In this document: positions 13,319-23,281 of the stretch, one piece after another | Layout of the letters: the number at the start of each line of letters is the position of its first letter | Position numbering within the stretch: position 1 is the first letter of the stretch | Assembly: GCA_012295275.1 (NCBI GenBank) | Contig: CM022665.1 | Span: 18,352,001-18,416,000 of the forward strand | Length of the DNA stretch: 64,000 nt | Direction of reading: 5' to 3' | Origin: Chrysomallon squamiferum | Lineage: Eukaryota > Animalia > Mollusca | Made by a program: the position numbers and the translations under genes | Notes under the pieces: generated by a model | What the model was told of the DNA's origin: nothing | Database searches by the model: none | The model's input: the letters and a program-made list of their open reading frames with translations, nothing else

Positions 13319-13873
13319 AGTGCGTGTGTAGGTGCGTGTGTAGGTGTGTGTGTGTGTGTGAATGTGTACAAGAGTGCAAGTGTTTAGGTGAAAGTGTGTG
13401 TATGCATAATTATATATGCATGTATGCACCAAAATATATGAATATTTCGTCATTCAACACAACATAACCTCTGTTAATAACTGAAATAAGGTTTTAAACT
13501 CACCTAGTTTAGGTGGAACAAGAGGACAGACTGGAAGACTTGAGTTTTCTTTCATTAAAGCTGTTGTGTTGGAAAACGATGCTGGAGAAGAATAAAACAT
13601 GACAGGTGACGTTGGTGTTCTTGTGATGTAACGACCATCAGTCACAATGTGTTTACTGCTTTTAGTCAGTAAACGTCCCAGCACAGTGTGTGTAAGATTT
13701 ATGGATCCCGATGATGAAAAAATGCTGAGACTGCCAGTGAGGATATGTGACACATATTTATAGGTGACTATGTTGACTAGATATTGCAGGAAGACTAGAG
13801 TAAGACTGATGATCAACAAAGTTCTCAAAATTTTGAGTTTAGTACAGTTTTCAAACATTTTTGATGATTTCAT
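4316..13873 (-). CDS. bre-4: Beta-1,4-N-acetylgalactosaminyltransferase / beta-1,4-galactosyltransferase (GT7 family, bre-4-like). Spliced CDS join(13873..13504,9757..9525,6791..6604,5870..5748,5039..4935,4484..4316), about 395 aa
   Basis: Manually spliced exons keep frame (intron phases 1,0,2,2,2). They give a type II membrane N-terminus, then [67 protein letters not shown] (DxD), [52 protein letters not shown] and LYTWINV, all GT7/B4GALT hallmarks. Confidence 0.93.
4935..5039 (-). CDS. bre-4: GT7 gene coding exon 5 (MxxH metal ligands), ending in a GC donor
   Basis: ttgttacag|[37 protein letters not shown]|gcaaaa; read-through reaches TAA two codons later. Confidence 0.9.
5748..5870 (-). 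CDS. bre-4: GT7 gene coding exon 4 (GWGGEDDD motif)
   Basis: ttattattag|[43 protein letters not shown]|gtttga. Confidence 0.95.
6239..6543 (+). mobile_element. Tigger4/MER46-like (pogo/Tc1-mariner) MITE in a GT7 intron
   Basis: TA flanks at 6237-38 and 6544-45; imperfect TIRs CAGGTTAAAGATCTCTTATCTGAAAT ... ATTTCGGATAAAGGATTCTCAACCTC; subterminal AAATCCGAAA/AAATCTGAAA repeats; CACTTCTGGTTCCAAGC as I recall in Tigger4. Confidence 0.75.
6604..6791 (-). CDS. bre-4: GT7 gene coding exon 3 (DVD metal-binding motif)
   Basis: cttctcag|[64 protein letters not shown]|gtaagg. Confidence 0.95.
7900..8280. repeat. Three degenerate tandem copies (about 135 bp) of a SINE-like segment
   Basis: Recurrent TGGTTACTCTTTTTA(G/A)TTAGCAGGAA..GGTATTTT..CCT...AGGAA..ATAAAA at about 7922, 8057 and 8191. 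Confidence 0.6.
9525..9757 (-). CDS. bre-4: GT7 gene coding exon 2 (missed by the ORF track)
   Basis: ttttcag|TT GGG CCT... reads [78 protein letters not shown]|gtaaac. Confidence 0.95.
9768..10030. repeat. Degenerate tandem array (about 55-bp units)
   Basis: Repeated TTTATGATTTT..ATAAATATAAATACTGGTAAACAT units immediately intronic to the exon 2 acceptor. Confidence 0.6.
10145..10330 (+). mobile_element. Degenerate Tc1/pogo-type MITE end
   Basis: TA-CAGTG start followed by repeated CAGCCACCT / CAGACACCTG subterminal motifs typical of pogo-like MITEs; no matching right end found. Confidence 0.4.
10960..11440. repeat. Degenerate tandem array (about 120-bp units)
   Basis: Repeated GTGATATAAATAAAACAT..TTATGT and AACTGAATAATTTT.ATCTAT. 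Confidence 0.55.
13504..13873 (-). CDS. bre-4: GT7 gene coding exon 1 (cytoplasmic tail, TM anchor, Ser/Thr-rich stem)
   Basis: ATG at 13873; hydrophobic segment LLIISLTLVFLQYLVNIV; ends PPKL-G|gtgagt (donor at 13503). The exon probably begins in UTR at 14066 after the acceptor ttttttattttcag. Confidence 0.88.
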
Positions 13874-14834
13874 GAAAAAACAATTGGAACTGTGAAAAAA
13901 CCACAGTAACCAGACTTTTTCTTTTTAACTTCTACTCAGTTTAAAGTCATCTCTGTGCTCTTCAGCCAATGAGTGTGAAAGCAGTATGTTGTGTGGAGAG
14001 AGATAACTCATGCTACCATGGATCCAAGTAGTATCTGTTGAAAAATCCACTTGCAGAATGAAAACACTGAAAATAAAAAATACAGATTAGAACAGCAGTA
14101 TGAGTTAGATTATTATATTTTAAAACTTCTTTTATTAAAATTTTAACTTTGGTAACTCAAGGAATTAGTCTAAATGTATTAAGAATATTTACAAGTTATA
14201 TATTATAATCTTAATTAATGAGGAAATATAACAACCAAAAAGCTTTTAAAAATTTCAGGGTACTGCTATTTTCTTGTACTCATGACATTTCTTCAAACAG
14301 GTGAGGTTTTTTCCCCCCTACTTCAAGTTTTGTAAGTTAAAGATATATGTACAAGATTCATCATGACTCCAGTTGTATATTCAACCACATAGATTCTATT
14401 TTGTTCTCCTTTCGAATTAAAGTATAAAATATAAATGTCACAAAACCCAGGTAGAAAACAGTGGGACTGGTAAACACTGGAATAGGTCATATGTACCCAT
14501 TACATAGTACTGACAGGCTATACATCAATTTATTGTTTTGTCTGATATTATTCAGAACTGAATACAGACAATGAATCTTTGACAAATATAAATGAACAGT
14601 AAAGAAATATGTTTCTTTCTTTCTAGAATACTTCTCTGACATTTTTAATAATTAATTTAAAATTCAGTTTTAAGTATCAGTTGTGAAAAACTGAGTGAAT
14701 TTTTAAAACATTTGATATTTTTTTAATTAATTAAAGACTTTACTAGTAATATAAAATAATATTTTTAAAAAGCCACATTGGTTATATAATACTGAAATAA
14801 CTAAAAAAATATATCTATGCATTAGATTTTTAAC

Positions 14835-14924
14835 ATGAGTGTGAAAGCAGTATGTTGTGTGGAGAGAGATAACTCATGCCAGGATCCAAGTAGTATCTGT
14901 TGAAAAATCCACTTGCAGAACGAA

Positions 14925-14926
<2 letters not shown>
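14835..14926. repeat. Intronic duplicate of the GT7 5' UTR exon segment 13969-14065
   Basis: ATGAGTGTGAAAGCAGTATGTTGTGTGGAGAGAGATAACTCATGC...GGATCCAAGTAGTATCTGTTGAAAAATCCACTTGCAGAA is present twice and nearly identical. Confidence 0.92.
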
Positions 14927-14955
<29 letters not shown>

Positions 14956-16487
14956 TAACAAACACATCTATATAACAGATTTCTACCAAATAACCATAAT
15001 AACAATAATAATCATAAAATTAATAATACACACATACACACCTATATAATAGTTAACTGATTTTTAACAATAAAAACAAGTTATAATAACACACACACAC
15101 ACACACACATCTGTATAACAGTTAAAACATTTTTAACTACAGTAACAACTTATAATAAATAAATAAATAAAACAAATATATCAGTAGTTCTAATAATAAT
15201 AAAAGTAACAATTATAATAATATAGCAATAACAACAATAAAAGGTAATAATAAAAGTAATAATAATAACACTGTATAATAATAATTTAACACCTATTAAT
15301 AATTTTAATAACAAATACATAATAACTGTATCTTCATATTATACATTACCTATGCTTACTAAAACTTTTAAATTTATTTTTACAGAATAGACATTACTTT
15401 TACAGGTAACGAAAAACCCACCTGATATCAATAAGTGTAACATAAGCATATGTGAAATAATCAATATACACTATCACCTTTGCTGATATGCATGATTTGA
15501 TTTACATACCAGCTGCTACAATTGCTAACAGTTAATAATTTGATACAATTGGTATTAATCAAAAATGCTATACCTATAAAAAAAAAAAAATGGAGGAAGA
15601 TTAAGGGTTCCCTTTCACTCATAACAAGTAAGGTAATTAACAGCTATTAAGTATAATATAAGTATTTGTGAATTTGTATAAAATGGGAATGGGTGGAATG
15701 GGATGAAGAGTAGCAATTTCCCCTCCCCTTCCAGTTCATATGGGTGAGTGGGAGTATGTGGATGTATGTGTGTGAATTTGTATTGGTATGTGTGTGTGAG
15801 GATGTATTATATATCTTTCTCTGTGTGTGTGTGCGTGTGTGCATGTGTTATTTTATGGATGAGTATTTTATAACTAAATGTTAATATGGATAGATGAATA
15901 TATATGTATGTATATATCAATTAACATGTATGTTACCATTTTTACGCACAACCTATATTTATTTACTTGTACTGTTTAATATATTGGATATTTTGTTCCC
16001 TTTATTGTCATTGTTGTTGTTGTTATTGTTACTGTCATCATCATGGTCATCTATATTATTATTATTATTATTATTATTGTCATCTTCATCATTATTATTG
16101 TTACTATTATCATAATCATTGGCATTGTTATTATTACTATCATCATCAGCATCATCATTGTCATTATTATCATCAACATCATAACCACCATTATTATTAT
16201 TATTATTATTAAAAATATATTGTGTTATTTATTATTATTTAAAACTTAAGGAAAAGCAAAAAAGTTCAGTCATTTCTCATTTTTTACACATGTAAATACA
16301 GCTGTGTAAAAATCAGTTATAAAACAAAATCAAACCATCTTTGCAGACATTTAAATAAATAGACTCAACAGATATTCATGAGATATGACAGAAGTGAACA
16401 AAATCCATTAAAACAAAATAAACAGTGTACATATGATCATTTCCTCATTATACAGACAGAGTCAGCTGATGAGTATTCGCTTTGTTA

Positions 16488-17200
16488 TGTATACTGATCA
16501 AATAATTTAACTACCACTATTGTAATAATGCAGCTTGTGTTGTTTACTACACCATAATAATTTAACAACCAATATTACAATAAATGAATAATGCAGCTTT
16601 TGTATTGTATACTATTAAAAATAATTAATACTATTATACTGATCAACTAATTTAACTACCACATTCTAACAATATGGCTTTTGTTTTGTATACTACACAA
16701 AATAATTTATATTACTATACTGATCAAATAATTTAACTACCAATATTCTAATAATATAGCTTACTTTTCCATAATATATCAAATAAGTTATTCCTCCAAC
16801 AAAACATCTATGTCATCTATACTGATCAAATAATTTAACTACTTATATTGTAATAATTAAGCTTTTATTGTATAATTATTATTATCATTTTTTTTAACTA
16901 AGCAACAGGTCTTTATCATCTATACAAATCAAATACCCTTCACTATTTTAATAATATAGCTTATATTTGGTAAATTACAAAAAATATTACATCACTAACA
17001 GTTTATTTAAGGCCTTTATCATCTATACTAATCAAATAATTTAACTAGCACTATTCAAACAATGTAGCTTTTGTTTACCACACAACAAAAAATATTACAC
17101 TTCTAACAGATTAATAAAACCAGATTAATAAAACCATTACCATATTAAAAATAATACTGATCAAGTAATTTAACTATGAATGTTCTAATAATGTACCTTT
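16488..17200. repeat. Degenerate tandem array (about 80-145-bp units)
   Basis: ATACTGATCAAATAATTTAACTAC...AATAATGCAGCTT recurs about 7 times (16490, 16636, 16717, 16818, 16921, 17024, 17154). Confidence 0.75.
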
Positions 17201-17209
17201 TGTTTTCTG

Positions 17210-18000
17210 TACCCAGCAAGCTTGAGATAATTTATATTTCTGGATTTTCCAGTTATCTGACTATATGTTGGTTCTTGAACACTGCCAAAGGTCCAATTGC
17301 TGAATGGGTGAATATACCTCAAAGCATATCATAAATAGTGTATTGATTCTGCAATATCAGTGAATTCAAAACAAACATCTGTTATGCAATTCTTTGAGAG
17401 AAAATGAATTATAATATTAAATGCAAACCAACAGATATTGAAATTTAGATAAATACACTCTACAGTATAATTTCTTTTTACTAGTATGTGGATAAAGTGA
17501 ACAACAATAACAAAAATAATTGATTCTTTTGTTTCTTTCTGCGCATACACTTGAGTGGCTTAGCACTTCCTCGGTTTGTTCAACAAGTCTTCACATTGTT
17601 TCTGTATCACATTTTCTGTCAGACACTGTGACCTTGTTGTTATGTTTGAAGTAATATTTTTCAGTAAATAACAAAATGGTAAAAGCACACTAGAAAACTG
17701 AATACCATTGATATTAAGCAAGAAATGATTTCAAAACATGAACAAGGAATATGTGTGAGCAAACTTAGTTCTGAATATGGAATTACAAAATCTAGTTTCC
17801 ACTACACTCAAACACAGAGATGTATTCTTAAATTTTAATTTTTCTATTTTGTTTTATTTTATACTTTTATATGAGTTTCAGAAGGACTTGGGATGAATTA
17901 CCTCTTTTACATGTACTGTAACGATTTCAATAAGGAACAATGTCAATGATGAACATGGTTCTGAAATGAATTAGGTTTGTAAATAAAGACCCCATAGTAA
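17210..18000 (+). mobile_element. Degenerate Tigger/pogo transposon relic with a CENP-B-type HTH transposase fragment (about 17683-17820)
   Basis: Frame from 17683 reads KHTRKLNTIDIKQEMISKHEQGICVSKLSSEYGITKS, then after a frameshift VSTTLKHRD. This matches the N-terminal CENP-B/psq HTH of Tigger transposases. Boundaries are approximate. Confidence 0.65.
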
Positions 18001-18184
18001 TTCATAATCTCAGGAAAACTTTGTTATACCACCCAACTCATTATAACACCAAAATCAGCTTTATAAAGAGGTTATCTTCTTCTTTGCCAAATGGTCAGAC
18101 AAGAAACCCAGTAGCTCAAAGAAAGGTCTAACTTGAAACTTCAGAGTGACAATAAGTCAGATGTCTCTGCCCGTTATTAATGTA

Positions 18185-18885
18185 ATTCCACAGATGTAGA
18201 CTAATTTAATTACAGTTCACAGAAAGCCAAGGTATCCTCACAGTCAAACATGTAGGTTAGTCTTAGATTTGTGTAATTTAAAAAAAATTATAAATATCTG
18301 CAATCAGTACAGTGACAATAGCAGATGTAACGTGATTTAATTCAGTTCACAGGCATTGTCATCATCAAGAAAGGGCTAACTGTGATATCAAGGACATATT
18401 AGTTGCTTAGGTCTTGATTATGTGTGGTTTGAAGAAAAAAATTGTAAAAATACCTGTAGTCAACAAAGTGATTTAGCAAATGTAGCCTGATTTAATTTCA
18501 GTTTACAGAAAGCCAAGGAATCCTCAATAAAAAAATATCTGTGAATAGGGCTAATTGCATCACTGAGGACATGTTAGTTCCTTAGTCTTGATAGTGTGGT
18601 TTCAAAAAAAAAAAAACTTGCTGATATAGACTGATTTAATTATTGTTTACCAAAAGCCAGACCTTCATCAGGAATCTGTGGAAAAGGCTGTGACATTAAG
18701 GACATATTAGTTGCTAAGTCTGAAGTCTATATTGTTTCAAAATAATACATGTAGTCACCACAATGTTATTAACAAATATAGCCTGATTTAATTACAGTTC
18801 CCTGAAGGCAAAAGGAATCTGTGCTGACTGTAACGTTGAGGACACGTTACTTTCTAAGCATTGATTGTGTAATTTCAAAACAATA
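18185..18885. repeat. Degenerate tandem array (about 145-bp units, 5 copies)
   Basis: GATGTAG.CTGATTTAATT.CAGTT.ACAGAAAGCCAAG...AGGACAT.TTAGTT.CTTAGTCTTGAT.GTGT at about 18193, 18323, 18479, 18623 and 18775. Confidence 0.75.
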
Positions 18886-20828
18886 ATATTAAGTGGGGTT
18901 CATCTGTTGTTGATCTCCTAGGTGATGGTTGGACTAATGTCATCAAAACTACCTCATTAAGAAATTGTAAGGATGATCTCAAGTCAGCAATATCAGATCA
19001 GGCTCTAGAGACTGACTCTCCAGTCAAATACAACATTCAGAACCCACCCACCAGCAGTAGTTACTTTCAGAGACATCATTTATACATGTATACACGTATC
19101 ATGAATTTAGTCAAGAGGAATTCCAGAATCATAGAAGTAAAACCTTCAAGTACACTTTGTAGCAAGCAAAGCAAATAACAAAAAAAAACTGACATACCTC
19201 AACTCTTATCTTTCTTACAAATATGAGACAACATTATGTTCCCATTACTCATGTCAACAGATGTTGAAGAGTTGCTCAATATGTCATTAGCAGAATGACT
19301 AAATTCAGCTATTGCTCAATATTTCATCTGATGTTATGTATTGATAACTGTGACTTTATTGTACTGTTTTTGTTTTTTTCTTACACAGATGGTATGCAGC
19401 TATGGTAGATGGTATTTCAGATAGTGTACACCTGTGCTGGTGCAGAGCAGCATTAGAGAACCAGTGTTGTAGATGTTTTATGGCACGTTTAACATACAGC
19501 TCATAATGTAATTTGAGTCTCCATTTAAAAATATGAACTTTTGCTAAAGACTATTTTAATTTATTTTGTCCATTAATATTATGCTTGGTATATCTGACGA
19601 TATCAATATTTTATTCTTCAAATGTAAAATAAATAATCCAATTACAAATTATTTTTGCTCTTCTGAAATGAAAAAAAAAATCTAATTACAAATTATTTTT
19701 ACTATTCTGTTATAAACATAACAGAATAATCCTACCTGTTGAGTTTTTGTATCAGATGCATACTGATACTAGTTTTTAATAGCAGAAAAAATATTATCAA
19801 ATGTCATAAAAACTGCCTACTCCTTACTTAAACCCTATCATTTTCAATAAAAACTGGCATTTAATGTGGTTTATTATAAGGAATGGAAAACTGAATTACA
19901 GTAGATGAAACAGTTCAAGAAACGTATAAAATAACTGAGTATATATCAGGTATTATGTATAATAGATTACGTTTTCAGAGATTATAAGTAATTCCTGAAC
20001 AAATAATTTATTACTTATGTTACCTAGAAATTTCAGGAATTATATGTAATACCTGATTATATATAATTCTTGTAAACACACACACACACACATATGCATT
20101 TACAGGCTTTCACACCCACATTCTAAAACACCCACACACACTGCTTTATTCAGTCTTTGAAATGAAAGCAGGCTGTTTAATTCTAATTTATAAACACAAA
20201 TTCAAAACAGCTGAATTTTTTTCTGGCTCATAATACAAATCATCCAATTAGCATAAAATAAACCTTGTTCATTAATATTCAGTAATTATTTATGCAATCT
20301 AAATCTAGAATGTGTGAAACAAGATACATTTGGTTATTCAGCATAAACCTTCAACCTGCAGTTTGTCTCGGATTATTTTCTTTTTTGTTTGATTGCTTGC
20401 TGTTGTTTTTGTTTTGCTTTGTTGTTGTTTTTTTTTTTTTTTTTTTTTTTCTTAGTCTCTCCATCGTCATTTGAATGTGCCAAATTAAAAATAAAATTAA
20501 TCAATTTAATCACTAATTTAATGTCTTTTTTAAATTCCAGAATAATATTACTTGGTAATTTCATAGTTCACGATTATGCCTTCTCAGCACAAGTTTTACT
20601 AAATAATAATAATAATATTTATGTTTTTGACTAGACAATCACTGATTAAGGTTGGGTGTAAAACTGATTTTTGTCAATATTAATTATTATATATCATAAT
20701 AATGAAATTGAAAACGTTATAAATTACATAATACGATCATAATATGGTGGAAATTTCTTTTACAGAAACGTAAAATATAGTAATTATTTGTGGAAACATA
20801 ACTTTAAAATCTATACGAAATCACTTAC

Positions 20829-20930
20829 TTTTAAGATGGCGATGAAATATTTTGGCAGCCGACAACATGTACCAACATCAGATTTACCATCTTCCCTTTC
20901 AACGAAGGGACATAACTCTGTTTTGAGAGT
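20829..20930 (-). promoter_or_regulatory. Probable non-coding first exon and promoter of the GT7 gene
   Basis: Consensus minus-strand donor gtaagt (plus acttac 20823-20828) next to a YY1-like AAGATGGCG. It sits where CpG-poor gene-body DNA switches to CpG-retaining DNA. The TSS position is uncertain. Confidence 0.55.
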
Positions 20931-21315
20931 TCTATGAACCTGCATTGTTTCGATCGAAAGTGTTTTCTCCCTGAAACTTCACAATGAATTTTTCGCTATT
21001 CCAAATGCATTATCGATCATGACTAATGATTTACTTTTCAGTCCGTGGAATTATGTATCTAAAACGTTTTAGTACAACACAACCTGAGATTTGTTGCCGA
21101 TGCTATCGTAGGCCGTATCGTTATTAATCTGTGTAAAAAATTGTTCTGTAATTTGTATTTTTTTTATTATTATTATTATTTATCTATTCGGTATAAATTT
21201 ATAAAATATCTTAATATTAAATAGATAAACGATTAAAAATAAATGTTAATTATTAATAAATGGAAATTCTCAGAGTTGTACTACTCTGCATGAGTAGCCC
21301 ATGGAACAGCGATAG

Positions 21316-21370
21316 CCATGGCCGTAACTACACTGAGGCAAATGAGGCAAATGTCTCATTCCGAAATTGA
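21316..21370 (+). mobile_element. DNA-transposon terminal fragment
   Basis: CATGGCCGTAACTACACTGAGGCAAATGAGGCAAATGTCTCA resembles non-autonomous hAT-like termini; it has an internal GAGGCAAAT tandem. Confidence 0.3.
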
Positions 21371-21627
21371 CGATTTGTTTAAATTGTGCTTTTTTTATAT
21401 ATATATACATAGATTTTATTTTAAAAATATAAAATATAAATCTCTATTCCAACAGAAACGATATCCACTGAATGAATTCGTTTATGTCTACGGTTAACGT
21501 TTGAAGCCTACCGATACCGTTGCGAGGAAAGACGTAACTGATTTCAAAGACATCCGTTTTTTGCCTCAATTCAAAAAGAGTAGTTAAGGACATGGTAGCA
21601 ATTTTTTGTTTTGTTAATTGTTTTTTC

Positions 21628-21661
<34 letters not shown>

Positions 21662-22109
21662 AAATCAGTAAAAAAAAAAAAAAAAAAAAAAAAATATTAT
21701 ACAAGAAATATTTTACAATACCTAATAAATATTCACTTCAGTTTCACTGAAGATTTTTTGTTACATATAATACATTGGTTTTTTGGTGGTTTTGTTTGTT
21801 TGTTTGTTTGTTGTGGGGAGCGGTTATTCTGGATTTATCGTTCCAGTCTTATATATAAAATAGCTTGGTATGCACTAACCATTTAGTAAACAACAACAGA
21901 AATAAAGACGGTGGGTTTGCTTTTTATCATCATCGTGCAAAAAATAAAAATAAACACTGCATACTGAAATGAGTTAAACAAATATTCGTGCATCCATCTA
22001 TTAAAATTTATGGTTTTATTAAGTCTAAATGTCGTAAATAGTTTTCTCCCTTCAATTAATGTCGCAGATTTTGAACTTGATGCATGAAATTAAAAGTGAA
22101 ATGTTTGGA

Positions 22110-22151
22110 AAATTATTATTTTAAATCATCAGCACATATGCAGATACGTAC

Positions 22152-22209
<58 letters not shown>

Positions 22210-22600
22210 TAAAATAATTAACACCTTCATGTAAATATGTATATTATTTTTATTAAAAGTTATCAACACCTTTGTGTAAATACGTATAATTTTTATTTAA
22301 AATCATCAAAATCTTTATGAAAATAAGTATTATTAGTTAAAATCATAAGCTTTATGGAAATATTTATTATTAGTTAAAATCAGACGCCTTTCTGTAAATA
22401 TGTAGTAGTACTAGCAGTAGTAGTAGTAGTAGAAGAAGTAGTAGTGGCAGTAATAGTAGTATTTAAAATCATCAACATCTTTGTGTAAATACGTTATTGT
22501 TATTTTTTAAAATCTTAATCTTTGTGGATATAGGCCTACGTATTATTAGTTAAAATCTTTGAGGAAATATGTATTATTAGTTAAATTTATCAACAACTAT
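22110..22600. repeat. Degenerate tandem array (about 40-bp units) interrupted by (TTA)n and (TAG)n
   Basis: Repeated TATTATT..TTAAAATCATCAACACCTTTGTGTAAATACG. Confidence 0.6.
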
Positions 22601-22904
22601 ATTAGGTTCAGTAATACATTTAATGACACTAGTTTTCATAAATTACTCCATTTTGTTTCATTAAAAGTTATTATACACAAACCCCATTCTCGTTCTAAAG
22701 TGAAACAATGACCTCCAGAATAAACCATCAAAGCCTGAGTCACCTCTACAGGTCACGTTTACGAGAAATTATTAACATAAATACATTATTTATTACTGAA
22801 ATAACTTTTGATTAGAACTGCTGTAAATAAATTTTCGAGCTACAATCAGTTAGATTCTGAGTAAGACAACTGCGTAAAAATTCGGCCAGAAACAGGTTAT
22901 AACA

Positions 22905-23165
22905 GAAAGATGGAAATAGTAATATTTTATTTAACGCCATATATTTTTAATTTATCGATTTAATCATCTGTGTAGATAACGAAAGAGTGGGAACAGATAC
23001 TACAGCGTTTAGATTTTCAGATTTTTTGTGTTTGGATCTGAAGCAAGAGTTCTTTAATATACATCCTCCTGCAGAAAGGGAAGCACGTACATCAGTGTTT
23101 GGGTTGAAATAAACAATAATGAGGACTGATCCAGAAATCCACCGGAACTCGGACCCTGCGTTCTA
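22905..23165. mobile_element. Degenerate SINE-like interspersed repeat
   Basis: GAAAG..AAT..TTTTATTTAACG at one end and AGCAAGAGTTCTTTAATATACATCC in the body, related to the 7900-8280 segment; family assignment from memory. Confidence 0.35.
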
Positions 23166-23247
23166 ATTTGTGATTGTATAAGCAATCTTCTTTTTCAACT
23201 TTTTCTTTTTCTCACCCTCCTCCACCTTATTCTTCTTCTTCTTCTTC

Positions 23248-23281
<34 letters not shown>

